Positions 27,840-40,759 of a DNA stretch of 64,000 bases are shown here, piece after piece. Position 1 is the first letter of the stretch, and each line of letters begins with the position of its first letter. The position numbers and the translations under genes were made by a program. Source of the stretch: Raillietiella orientalis (taxonomy: Eukaryota). The stretch covers positions 6,758,001 to 6,822,000 of the forward strand of contig JAYWIR010000003.1 of NCBI GenBank assembly GCA_036172245.1, given 5' to 3'. The notes beneath the pieces are model-generated. The model saw only the letters and a program-made list of their open reading frames with translations. It searched no databases and had not been told where the DNA came from.

Positions 27840-28420
27840 GCCACGTGGTGGTGGGCACACCCGGCGCGTTTTATGGCGGGGGTGCACCGGTGTACGACCC
27901 TTTGCAAAGTTCCCTCCCCGACAAAGGAGCGCGTAAGGGCCGCCGCTTGGCGCCGAAACGTGCGTGGGGTTTGCGAAAGTAGGGTTGCCAAGTCATCCGG
28001 CTTCCGCAAGGGGCAACTTTGCGGAAAGGAATGCCGACCCAGGATTTTTCGAGCGTCCTGCGGAACTCTTTCGGGAACTCCGTTTCGCGCGGGGAACGCA
28101 ACTCCCGTTGCGTGAGGTGTCCCGGATACGCGTTGCTCGGCTGCGATGGCAAGTTCTGTCCGTCGGCCTTCGTCGGTAGCGTCTTCGATTTCCGACCTTT
28201 CGAGGCTCTTGTCGTTTTCGTGGGCCCGCTTGGGATGGGGGGAGGCAGCAAGTGGGCCCAGCCGACCGTACGCTTGCTTAACCGTACGTTGCTGTGCTCG
28301 TGGGAAGTGCTACGCTGCCGTGAAATACCCGCGTTGAAGGTGTGTGAAGTCCCACGCAAACGTGAGGAAGATGCATGCAATGGAGTGCACCAAGTAGACG
28401 AACGGTTGCTGTTTGTGTCG
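27840..28420 (+). pseudogene. GC-rich decayed ankyrin-repeat remnant upstream of pygopus
   Basis: Fragments GTPGAFYG, LPDKGA, GLPSHPASARGNFAERNADP, DACNGVHQVDERLL. Confidence 0.4.
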
Positions 28421-28988
28421 ACGATTCGTTGTTTGGACCTGGATGCGGAGAAAATTCGACAGGATGGCAGGTAATGCACAGAACACACACAAAAAAATTT
28501 CAAACCTTTTCGGGAATGGTTGCAGCTCACTGAACCAGCAAACTGCAATCATTCTTTTGACTTTGTTCGGTACATCAGTTGTTCGCATTTTTACGATGCC
28601 TTCAGTGATGTGCTCGCAAAGTTTTTGCGTGTTCAACGTGTAAGCCGAAAATTTACTATATTACTGATTCCTGAATATCTTTGCTTTGGAAATGCAAGAA
28701 CAGTAAAAGGATCTCTCATTTTGATCTCCAAGGAAGCACTTTCAGTATATTCCACCAACTCATTTCAACACATGTTGTGCGTGGTGTTTCATTCGAGAGG
28801 CAAAATAATGAAAGTTTGGTTCAAAAACCCATATTACGTTTACAACAAGTTTATTACATCAGGCTCTAAGATTCATTTAATAAAGCAAATTCTTTCTTCT
28901 TTAGAAAGTGGAGGTTTTTGTTCCATACGCACGAACAGTTGTCAGGAGTTTTGATTTTGAGATTGGAGTGTGAATCCAAAGATCAGAT

Positions 28989-29586
28989 ATGGTACCTACT
29001 CCGCCAGAGTCCCCAGGAAATCTGAAAAAGAAACGCAGAACCTCTACTCCTGTTCAGCCATCTCCTTCTGTGCCTGATCTCCTTCCCTCACATCCTACCT
29101 CAGGTTTTAAGGAGACTGTTATTGCATCCAATCCCTTTGATGATAGTCCACCAGTTGCTGGAAACCAACAGTACCTACCTCAGGCACATCCCATGATCGG
29201 GGTTATGAATGTGAACATGAATATGGCAATGGGTGCAAATATGTCTCCCAAGCATATAGGTATCAATACAGGAAAGGTAGATACATACTAACAAAATCAC
29301 ATTTAGCACTTTTTGCTAGGTGTATCCAGCTGATCAGCCCATGATTTTCAATCCTCAGAATCCTAATGCTCCCCCAATTTATCCTTGTGGAATCTGCCAC
29401 AAGGAAGTCCATGATAATGATCAAGCTATTTTGTGTGAATCAGGTTGCAATTTCTGGTTCCACAGAGTTTGCACCGGACTTACTGAGCCTGCCTATTGTT
29501 TTCTTACTCAGGAAGTATATGCTGAATGGGTTTGTGACCGTTGTCTCAACTCAAAGACAATTCCACTGGTCAAGTTCAAGCCATAG
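28989..29586 (+). CDS. pygo: Pygopus (Wnt pathway PHD-finger protein), ~184 aa, 2 coding exons
   Basis: Exons 28989-29276 and 29320-29586, joined by a 43-nt GT-AG intron. N-terminal KKKRR NLS and ASNPFDD motif. C-terminal PHD: YPCGICHKEVHDNDQAILCESGCNFWFHRVCTGLT...EVYAEWVCDRC. An extra upstream exon cannot be excluded. Confidence 0.95.
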
Positions 29587-29894
29587 CTTGACAAGAAAAG
29601 AGCTATGGTTTGCACAGAAAGAGATAGATCTGATCTCCATATGAACAAGCGAAAATCTCTGTGTTTAAAAATCTGCTGCTTGAACATCTGATGGAAGCTT
29701 AGATATGTGCAAGCCAACTCGCATCATGTGCTGCTAATCAGTATTTTCAAGGAAAACGTATCTGAAGCAAACTCTAGTTTTGTCTGTATGGAAAAGCCTT
29801 TCTGTTTTCCCAATGATTACATCAAACACATACAAAAATACTTTGCACATTGTTGGGGGACTGCATTATAGAAATATCTTCACAAAAGTTAGTG

Positions 29895-30851
29895 TTAATG
29901 AGGCAATTCTACAGAGACAAAATGTTTAAGCCTTTCCAGATATTGATAATGGCACTCTACATCGTTATGTCCTGCTCCCTGATAAATAAAAAATACATAA
30001 GCAATAGAATCTTTCTCTCTGTTTTTGCTTACTTCGACCCAAAGAGGCTCCACAGTCCGAGGGCACTGCTCGTAAAATGCCAACCCATGGGAAAAGTCAA
30101 TAACCTCATCCTCAGTACCATGGATGACCAGTACAGGGGATGTCATTTTTGTGACCTTATCAATACTGCATACTAAACATGCAAAAACATTACACGTTTT
30201 TCCTCACCTGGGGAAGGCATCACAACACCAAGTTCTACGAGTACCTGGGCAGGCCACTCGCATTCCTGACATAAGAGGGGAATGGAGTACAACAGCAGCA
30301 GCATGCAGCCGAGAGGCCAAATCTACTGTGGGGACAGTGCCAATGCTCTGCCCATACAATATAACATGCTCTGGAGAGACTTTGTAGCGCACTCGGAGAG
30401 ACTGCCAAGCAGCATCAATGTCTGCATATAAATTCTTCTCCGAAGGACGGCCCGAGCTTTGCCCGTAACCTGAGTAATCATAGCCAAGAACATTGCAGCC
30501 CATTCGGTTTCCCAGCCCCACAAGGAAGCCAGTCATTTGTCCTAGGTCAACTGCATTGCCATGGGAGAAAAGCAATGTGTAGCGGGTCTGGGGATCAGGA
30601 CAGTGGACATATAGACAAGCTACACGATTGCCACGTGATGTGCAGGCAAAAAATGCATCTACATTTGCACGCTCTTTCTCAGATATATGCCAGTCAATGC
30701 CTTCTGCCAAGTTGAGCACATAATGGTCACCTTCATGTACCAGTGAGTATGTAGGAGCAGGAGGTAAAAATGCCAACTTAGCAGCAATCCGTGAGGGGCA
30801 GGGTGGGCAACAAAACAAACAACACAGCTCACTAAAGCTGAAGCCATTCAT
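29895..30851 (-). CDS. ABHD17: Alpha/beta hydrolase domain-containing protein 17 (depalmitoylase), 3 coding exons
   Basis: Exons 30851-30208, 30165-30033 and 29978-29895; introns 42 and 54 nt, GT-AG. N-terminus [37 protein letters not shown], nucleophile GQSIG, HGTEDEV (Asp), GAGHND (His). Confidence 0.96.
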
Positions 30852-32110
30852 GGTAGGTCCAAGCAAAGGGCATGCAGAATTATCCTCCTCAATCACCCAG
30901 TAACGTTCCTGATAGTGATGATAATTCCAGATGAGCACATTAAGATGCCAAACATCACTTACATGGTGGCTGCACCAACTCCCCATGCACGCAATAGCTG
31001 GTCAAAAAGGCCACATCAGTTAAGAGACCATACACCTATTGTGTATAATACATGAGAATAAAAAGAACAAATGAAACGGGAATACGAGAATCACAAAATC
31101 CTGTAAAACATTATGGACAGGTTTAACATTCAATCTACCAATTATTACTGCATTATGTGGCATTGAGCTTGTACAGTTGCAATGAATCATATTGTAACAA
31201 TCACATTTTACGAAATATGATATAACGATGTTTTTTTAAAGGGAAGTACACACACACTTTCAAGACTTGAATACTCTGATAATATTTATGATTTACAAAC
31301 ATTCACACACAATTCTAAATAAGTGACAGTTGTAACATTGTTATTTTTCATTTCTGGTGATGGAATCCACATATTCATCAGCAGAGGGAATTATAAAAAA
31401 TGCTTCCAAGAATTTGACAATAATAGGTGATTCCATCCTGTCACTTTTCATACAAGCAAATGTTCCAAAACCAAAAACGAAATGCCTAATTTAAAAAGTG
31501 AAAGGAGATGACCAATGAGTATCCACTTTGTTGGTGTGTTAAGACACCTAGGCAAAAGATTCATTCAAATGTCAAGTATTTGTTACTACATTTCCAAACA
31601 TCTCAAACTTACTATTTGATGATGCACATGGAAAAGTGAGCAAAATGAAATTCGTGATTCTAGTTACTCTTCCTTAAAATGGCTGTTGAGATGCATCAGA
31701 GGAAATTTACGAACGGAATCATAGATTCTATAATGCTAAAGACAGATTCATATGCCTGCAGGTTCTAGCACAGTCAAAGTAATACAAACATGTATAAAGA
31801 CGTTGTAGATTGTCGAGTTGCAGCAAAGAAACAGCAAAGCCACAAAAAACCAAATGAACAACCGCTAAAATTAGAAACAAAATTCTCTTTGATAAAAAGA
31901 CAAAGGATATCACTTACATTGCACACTCCAACAAGGATCTTATCTGTAAAAATCTACTTTGTAAAGGTTTCCACTGAAAGAAGAGTAAAATAATGCAAGC
32001 AAACTCCACAAACAAAGGAACTTATGTCCTGGAAAGAGTCAGGTCTACAACCAATGCAGCAATTAAATCCATTCATAACTCCTTATAATTCAAATTAAAT
32101 GTAATACACT

Positions 32111-32134
32111 CACACACACACACACACACACACA
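32111..32134 (+). repeat. (CA)12 microsatellite
   Basis: cacacacacacacacacacacaca. Confidence 0.9.
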
Positions 32135-35100
32135 AAAAAAACGTAGTTTCAAACTAAAATAATCTCTGGAGCACATTCGTTTTATAGTGAACATCCGAAA
32201 ACTGGTCTTGAATTTTTATTCACCGTGTTTTGATGCTGATCAGTAATCCTATGCTAGCCACACTTGACTGAACGTAGCCAGTTGCAAACCAAAACAAATC
32301 TTACTGAAACGAAGTCTTACTAAACTCTGAACTCCGCCAACTGACTAAACTAAACAGCATAAAAGCTTGCATTCACTTTGCATACTGCACATTGGTTTTT
32401 TTTTTTTTTTTTTCTCCCAGACCAGGAGGCAGTGCAATCAACAGGATCATGTTATCACAAGATACCAAAACCTCAACCTCTGGCTCTGCACCAACAACTT
32501 TTTAGTGCTTCCATTCAAACATGGGTTGTGAAATATTCTTATTAAAACACGGCCCGGCTTCCTGGTACGAATTTCCGTTAACATCACCTCCTCGTACTGT
32601 CAAAACTGCTTGCAAAGTCCAGTGAGGCATGTTATTCTTAGCCAAAAAAAAAAAAAGGGGGGGAACCAAAAAAAAAAAAAAAAAAAACATACGAGTGCAT
32701 CAGAAACTTATGCTACTCCAAGAAGCTGGCTTTGGGATGAAATCTGAGAGATCCATTCCATAGGGTTTCGACGCCTGCACAATGAACTTGAACGTGAGAT
32801 ACACCCCATTTAGCATTGCACCGCATCCACACACGGGAACGACGTGAAGAATAACGAATCACCACCTCGTTCACAACCACATGCAATGTACCGAGGAAAA
32901 AAAAAAAAAAGAAGTTTTCCTTTTTTTTTTTTTTCTCGAAATGCATCAGAGAAGCAGCAAAAGTCACATAAGAGTACCGCGTTTCGAAGGCAGCAGCAGC
33001 ATTCAACTTGAAATTCGTGTCGACGGCCCGACATTCAAACGCTTCGCCCTCAAGGGACTTTGAGGGCTTTCTTTTTTTTTTTTTTTTTCCTCTCGAAACG
33101 AGTGATGAGGGGGTGGGGTGGGGTGGGAAAGGCCACATCAAACGAAAACGAAACAAACAAAGGACAACCGAAAACCAAAGTCGGAGGGAGGGGTAAACTT
33201 ACTCGAAACCACGAATAATATGCCACTCGCCGGAGTGTTCGGAGGGCTCCCGGACACGGTGTTCCAGCAGCCGGGCCGCTTCCGGAATGGAACGATGGAT
33301 GCACTTTCTTTCCTCTTCCCCACACTCGAAGTCGTTGCAACGATTGAAGTTTAACAGGAATCAGGGCCGAGGAAGTTTCTTAAGTGGGGACGAAAGGGCG
33401 GAGGGGGGGGGGGGGGAAACATTGGTTCGAAGGGGGGAGAAGGAGAGGACTCCATCTGGGCAGTGAGGCATCTGCACGCGAAACTACGAAATCAAAATCG
33501 TTTTCCAGGGAGCACCTTGTTGCTCAACAAACACTTTGCTCTTGAGAGCAGCTGCTACTTTTCACGAAGCTCTGCGGCAGCACTCTCTGTGAAAATGAGG
33601 GGAAGGGGAGGAGCAGGGAGAGGAGGAGGACACGAGGAGATCGGCCGACGTGTGCCGCTGTCGCACTCCATCGAGTCCGTGCACTCAAACACCCATCCAC
33701 GTGCGAATGTCCAACACTGTACAGGGAAACGAGACTATTCTCAGGTTGTGCAGAGTTTCACGCGAATTGGTCTGGACAAACAAACAAAAACACATGGCTC
33801 CTCTTCCCCACCCTCCCCCACCCCCTTCCTCCCCTACATCAACCATTTCACTCATTTTCATTTAGTCCGCAACGGCTCCAGCTCCCACAGAACAGGGCGA
33901 TAGGGCAACAGACACGCAGGATCCCCCCAAAATTCTTTTTCCCGAAAGGGGTAAACGCAAACGGAAGCAGCAACAACGAACCGTGGTCTCCAATCTCACA
34001 CAGTGCACGAAGAGTCACAAAGATGAGTGTATTATGAGAAAACAGTTCGAACTAGGCGTGCAAGAAAAATAAAAACAAAAAATGGGGTGCCGGGGGGGGG
34101 GGAGGGGGAAGAGGTAGTTCCTGGCATCGTAAATCTCTGAGGTAATTTCCGGAATCAACCGACAAGTCTATACGGTGATACCGAATCATTTGGAATTTCC
34201 GAATTCTGGAAGTGAAGTGGGAACCATTCCGTGAACTGCACAGAGAACTTTTCACTGTCCACGTAGAATTGAGAAGACACGTTGCGAGTTTAAAGGATAC
34301 GAAGCATGAAGACAACTGTACATCTATCATCTCATCTGAGCAGTCCCATCAATAATTTTTGATGATTTATCAACAGATACAATCCAGTGCATGCATCCAT
34401 CTCTCTCAGACCTGTCATCACTGAATCGAACGCTCCATAGTGAAATTTCTCGATCAGTCAAATCGAGGTTTCCTTCTACATCATTTTGATGGCAGTTTTG
34501 CTACGACGACAGCAGCTCTCCCAGTATTCTTAGCACTCAAGGTACGTCACCCAAGTTCAGTTCTCAAGGGTTATATTTTTCCATACTCCATAGTTGTCTT
34601 AATCTGCTCATCGCTTTCCTTGCGAATTGCAAATCCTCGTCTCGAAAGGATATCTCGAGCAGCAAGGATGGAGGTGTATACCCTTGGGCTGTACTTCGCC
34701 AGAATCGGAGTTGCCTTGAGCAAGCCCCAGTGAGTTGAGAAGGCCGATGCTGCCCGGTTACTCGTCGTCTACACCGAGCACGATTGTGTGCTCGCATCGA
34801 GATGCGTGTTTCCCCACCTCGTATCAAGACCGGCGTTCCGAACAGGAAGCAGCGAATGAAGGCGCACGGAAAAGTTGCTGCATTTTCCGTGCATACGCAG
34901 CAGACGTCTCACGAGCAGGAACGTGGGAGAGATGGTCTCTGCTTCGAAGAATTCGCTTTTCTGCGAATCCTGAAGCTGAGAGGTCAATGCACTCGGATGC
35001 AAGAACACGAAGAGGAATCGTGGAACGAACGGAAGGAGTAGATGCAACACCTTCATTCCCAGCGCAGCGTGAGTGTTGATCGAGACAAAGTCGACTTTTG

Positions 35101-36599
35101 TTCGAGCGCACTGTCGACGACGATCGCTGGAAAGGGTGGAGACGGAGTCCGCCGCACGTTGCGAAGGAGCCCGCAGCATCGTCCGGAAGCTTTTCAGGAG
35201 CGGCCAGCTGGACCCTTCGTCCTCGAAGCAGGAACCTGATCCGGACGGACGCCACCACAACCACAAGTTCAAGTCTGACCCGAGGACGTCTCAATCCGCC
35301 GCACTTTCGCTTTTCTGGGATCTGTGAGAATCCACGATTCCGTGTCGGAAAGCCGCAACATGCATCTTGGGGAGGGGGAGAGGAGGTTCCCTGGCCGCTG
35401 CTCAAGTTCGTCAAACTGGGAAACGGCAAGAGACAAGCGGCTCATCGCAGGGTGATCCGGGAGCGAAATGATGGTCCATGAAAGTTGAGATCGAAGATGA
35501 GGGGGGACGCGAGGCGTGGAGGAGTCCCCCATTTCCTCCCCCTCCCTACTCTTCCGGGAACGCAATCCCTGACCACTCGCAGAAGGGGGTAACAGACAAC
35601 CGGAATTTCTCCTGGGAAGGAAATCGGGGGGAAATCGCGTCACCCTAGGGAACCAGTTTTTCGCCGGCAGAGGAGACATCGTGCAGCCGACCACAAGCAG
35701 TTTCCTTTGGCAACCGCTCCGCTTCCCTTGCTTATTCTCTCGGAGAAGACAAGGCGCACCATCCGCGCGCCCCAGGAGCGCGTCCTGCTCTCCCCGGGAC
35801 ACCGAAAACTCCTTCGATGTCACACGGAATTTGGGACGTCACTCGACGGCTTCCTGCGTCCCTCCCACCCTCGCGAGAGGGTAGGAGATAGGCAGTCCTT
35901 CTCTGCCCGGTCACGCCGGGACGTTTCTCCCTCTGGAAACGCCAGCAATCGGGAGAAGGGTTGCCAAGAAAAGCAGAAACGGAAGAGTCCGCGAAGGAGA
36001 TTCGCCGACGGGCAGATCGGAGTGCCCGGGACGACAGGGAGGAGACGGCAAATAAATAAATAAAAATGAGGGGTGCCGAGTGGAGGGGGTAGGGACTAGA
36101 AAGGAGTCCCTGCGATGTAGGCTGCCTGTCTCTAGCTTCCCTGCAACTTCCCGAGATGCGCGCGAGCTCCCTGGCGGTCCCTTGGGGCAGGAAGCTGTGG
36201 TGGCTCCGCTTGGCCGCAGTCCTCGCAGAAGAGGCGGGTTGTCAGGCAACGGGTGGCTTCCGTCGTCCGCTAGCCAGGCTCCAGGGTCGCGGGGAAAGGG
36301 GAGGAGGAAGGTTTCCCCGCGTGAACCCCTCCCAAGGGCCGCCTCCTTCGCCGGAACCCCTCCCTCTCTCCCTCCTCCTCCTCCTCTTCCTTGTCTACTG
36401 GCTGCGCCCAGAAAGGGAGCGGCGCCCGCCCGACCGGAGCGGACGAGATGGGCGCGCGCGCGGCCTCCTCCCTCCCTGCAAACCCGCCGGGGCCGACGTT
36501 TGGCGGCGACCCGGCCGGAAGAAGCGTTTCGTCACCACCAGCCCCGGAAGAACACGACGGAAGAGGGAGGAGGAAGCGGATGTTCGAGCCAACCAGCAA

Positions 36600-39500
36600 C
36601 AGCTGCTCGCCCGCGGCTGTTCTGCGGGCAGACCCGACTCCAGCAGGCGACCGCACGAGAGGAAGTGATTGCGTGGCAGGTCCAGGAGGGAGACCATGCG
36701 GTTTCCCCGCTCCTGGTCGGCTTCCCCGGAGGTCCCCCCGGAGCAGGGAAAGGGCGAGCGCACGCGCATCGGAAGGGGGGAGGAGAGGGAGGGAGTGGTT
36801 GCATCGCTGTCTTCTCCCCCAACGTCGGGTGCCGCCGGATTTCCCGGGTCGAACGCGGTCCGCGGCTTCTGCGGACGGCCCGCTCCCGGCAGCCAGGGTG
36901 CCGTGTCTGCGCGGGTGAAGGCGCGTCAGCACCCGCTGCTCCGGTCGGCGCTGCTCTCTCGATTGGCCTCGGTGCGTTTCCCCCGCGGGGTTTCCGCTAC
37001 TGGGAGGTCAGGGCGCCGCTCCTGCGGCCCGGAGGAAGCGGGCTCGATTCTGGCAAGGGTCGCCGCCTTCCCGCTGGGGTGGGGGTGGGGGAACGCGGAT
37101 GGAGTTCAAATGGGTCCCGGGGGAAAGCGTCGCGGCCGCTCCACTCCCTGCGCGGTAGGTCGACCAATTGCACCACCCTCTGGGGTGCTACCGGCGTTGG
37201 TCGGGACGCGGCTTCGCCCTCGCCCCTCCCATAGCGGGAGTTCGTCCCCTCGACCTGCACCATTTCCGCAGGCTTTTATCGGCCATCTCTCGTCCGCGTC
37301 GATCTCCCGAGGAAGCCGGGGGCGTTGCCCGAAGCGAGGGTGGTTGCCGCGGATACCGCCTCCGAATAAAAAGATCGCGGGATGATCGTAGGCGGTGCAG
37401 GCGCGACAAACACAAAAAAAAAAAGACAGGTGTCGTGGAAGTGGGCGCGCTTGGGAGGGAGGAGGGAGAGCCCCTTTCGGGCGGAACAGGTCTAGGGAAG
37501 GGGGGCCGGTAGCTACGAAGCGTCCCATCGCGTTTCGCAGCAAACTGGCACTCGACTTGGTGAGCATAAGCGACTTGGTGAGCACGGCAGCTGCGTGACC
37601 AAAGCGCAGAGATGACCTCAGTTAGGGTGCTTCCCTGCCCGTAGGGGAGGAGGGGACCACCCTGTGGATCCGGGAACGTTCCAGAGGAAGCAGTTCCGTT
37701 CCTCCCGCACCCTCAGGAAGGGACCCAGGAGGGAGTCCCCTTGTTCTCTCTGGAGGGGACCACCTTCCCCCCCTTAAAAAAGGATCCGTTCAATCTTCCC
37801 TCCTCTGAAGAGAACTCCGAAGGGGAGGGCTCCCGAATTTCGCTTGAGGGCGCTCCCCGAAGGAAGCAGCATGCTTCTTGGCACTCTGGGGAGGCGACCT
37901 CCCGGAGGGAGGACCCAACAACCTACACGGTACGCGACTGATGGTCCCCCACTGCGATGGACTCTTTGATTCTTGGAAGAACCCCGGAAGGTCAACTTCC
38001 AATCCCACAGGACAGTCAACGGGGGCATCCGTTCTTCCATCAGTTCCTAGCAGCGCCACCCTAGGGGGGGAGGACTCGAAATCCATGATGCACCCCCCAC
38101 ATTCTCGGGAAAAGGGAGGTCCAGAGTCCGTTTAAAAGACCTCTGTGCTCCGCGTAGGGATGGTGGACTGGGACTCCTTACTCTGGAGCGAATGGAGCGA
38201 CAGCTCCAATTCCGCACATTCGCCCTCGCGTCCAAGCACTGGACGACACCTTGGTGCGCTCCGGCAAGAATTCTCGCCAAACAGGCAACCGGATGCGAAG
38301 GACTCACCTCGGTAGTCGTGGCCACCGAAGGGAGTCTGGGACACCTCGGCCCCCAGTCCCGAAACAGAAGAACCCCTGGATCTCTGTTCCCCCCGAGAAC
38401 TAGACTGCCTGGCTACAGGAGTCAGTTTTCGCTTGGGGAAAAATCAACGACACGGAGAGTTCATCTGCCTCCGGAACAGCAAATACGCTCGCCAGCCGCT
38501 GAGGGAGATCCTGGGGAACACCAGGAATCTGCTGTGGGCTTCGTTCAACCCTCTTCGCCCCTTCGCTAACTTTCTAAGGGGAGCAATGGACAGCCAACAT
38601 CCAGGGAGGTGGGGAGCGACCTGCGTGATAGGGAGCATAAAAATAATCTGAGTGCGTGGACAACTCGCGGACGTCGTAGCCCCGAGTGCACCGCCTAAAG
38701 GACTGCTACGCTGGGTACAACCCCCCCCCCCCCCTTAAATGGCAGGAGTTGGTGAACCTGCTGTTGCACTGGGGCCTCCCGTGCAACGTCCTGGCAGGCT
38801 CCTTCTCGTATTCATAAGTAACGTGTCAGGATCAAACGTCCAGCTACAGACATGTATGTTTGTTTTTAAATTGAAAGCCCCAGCGTGTCCGGATGCCAAC
38901 CCACGTTCTTGGCGTCGATCCTCTCCCTCCAGAAGGAGGATTCGAACCCGCGACGCTCGGCGCTGCGCCGCCACCGCGAAGAGGCCGCAGCCGCACGGGC
39001 GGCCGACGCATAAGAAAAACGAGAGCGTGCGTTGGTACCCCTGCTGTCTTCGCCCTGCCCAGCGTTTCGGCCTTGGTCGGCCTCCGAACTCGGGCGAAAG
39101 CTACGGCGGCGCGATCTGCTTTCGGAGACCCCTTCGCAGGGACCCCTCCGGCTCTTCCTCCTTCCTCGAACCCTCTCGGCCACCCGTCCGTCCGTCCTGA
39201 CTGTGAGGAGGCAGCATTGCGACCACTACCCCCACCTCTACCACCGCGAGGCATTCCGCGCGTGCTCCTCCTTCCCTCGGACTCTCTCTCTCGCGTGCGC
39301 AGCGGGCCCAAGTGCTCCCCGTTAGCGACGGAGGGCCCAGCCTCCTGGAGCGCTGTGCGACGGCTGCTCAGCGACCTTGACTTCCGCTGGCGCGCCCGCT
39401 CCCCCGGCGAGCAGCCGGCCCGCGACGGACCTGCCGCATTGCGGCCTCCGGAGCCGGATGCCGCACCGACTTCCCGCCCCGCGGGCGGGACCATCCGCGG

Positions 39501-39760
39501 GTTGCCTCCCCTCCCCACAAACAGCCACGCACTGGTGCTGCAGAGGACGGCGAAGGGGCACTCAAGAAACTGGCCGCCCACGATCCGGCGGGAGCGCCGC
39601 GACGGCAGGGGAGGCCGCGGGCACTCGTCGGTGGCCGGACCGCGCAGCAGCCTGCCGACTCAGCAACGACCTTGACCTCTCCCGGAGGCACTCCACCGCC
39701 GGGCTGAGGTCTTTGGCCTTCCGACCGACCGAGCAGGAGGTGCCCCGGTGACGGCTTACA
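36600..39760 (+). pseudogene. Ankyrin-repeat pseudogene, paralogous unit A
   Basis: GQTRLQQATAREEVIAWQVQEG (~36626), EHGSCV (~37580), QELVNLLLHWGLPCN (38743-38787), AVRRLLSDLD and LQRTAKGHS (39350-39565). Shares block 37650-37900 with units B and C. Confidence 0.5.
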
Positions 39761-40759
39761 GCTCCCTTCTTTCCCTCAGGAGGCAGCAGGAAGCGGTGTT
39801 GCTCCTCGTTTTGCATTGCCCTTCCTCCCCTCTCCCTCACGTAGTGCACGCCTGCGGCGCCTTCACCCTGTTTCGATGAGGCATTTCAAGTTTTCAACTA
39901 GCAATAATCGCGCCTCCCTTTCGTTCAGCAGCCGCGATACTGCCCGTATGCAAGGAAGTCAAGTGGACCACGTGGACCGGCGGATCCATGGAAAGGAAGA
40001 CCACCGAGATGCTCAGGCCAGCTGCACGGAAGGGCAGGTTTTGGGGTAGCGGATGAGGGGTCAACAAATACACGCATGAGCGAAAGGGCGGAAGGAGCAG
40101 GGGTCCCCGGTTACTCCCGCCACGCCACGCCGCAGCTTGCTCGCGATGCAGGCAGAGTCCCCCAAAGGCCCTTTGACCGCGTTCCTCATCCCTGCGGTGT
40201 CGAGGCGCCCAGACCCTCTTCCCTGCTGGAGCGACGCCCCAGGACACCGCGGGCCTCCCGACGAAGGGCTCTCTCGAAGGGAGGACGGAACTGCAAGGTC
40301 GGGCGACCGGGGAAGCAGGCGAAAGACCTCCCCGCGTGAAGCAGCTCCGCAGCATCTCTTCCGGGGTTCGTCGGGTCGAGACAGGGCCGCCGCGAAGGGC
40401 GTTTGTGCGCTCCACTAAGGTCACGGCAGCCAGGCAGCAGGTGCGTGGGAGTGTCCGGCTGCCTCCCTGTAGCGAGCCCTGGGAGGCACCGCTCCTCGTT
40501 CAGAGCAAAGTCTCTTCTCGGTGCCGCGGGTCCTGAAGAGGAGGGGGGCGCGGGGCTCTCGCTGTCGAGGTCCGACGCAGCCGTCCTTGGTGATCCTCCT
40601 CCTCAATGAGGCCGCGTCCGAGCAGTTCTTGCCGCGTGACCCCGTGTCGGGGTGCCGCGGGGCGGTTTGACCGTGAGCCTTTAGCAGCGGTCTCAGGCGG
40701 CGCGTGGGAGGTCGGAGCAGGGTAGTCCAGGTAAGAAAGCGCCCGCTCCAAGGCTGTTC

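Noticed and set aside
38935..38990. Minus-strand GTCGCGGGTTCGAATCC resembling a tRNA T-arm or B box (similar at ~48270)
   Set aside because: The T-stem does not pair and no cloverleaf forms; it is a shared piece of the paralogous units.
39530..39605. Minus-strand RRSRRIVGG suggesting a trypsin-like protease activation site
   Set aside because: No PW, TAAHC or GDSGGP motifs downstream; the + strand reads an ankyrin-like AKGHS.
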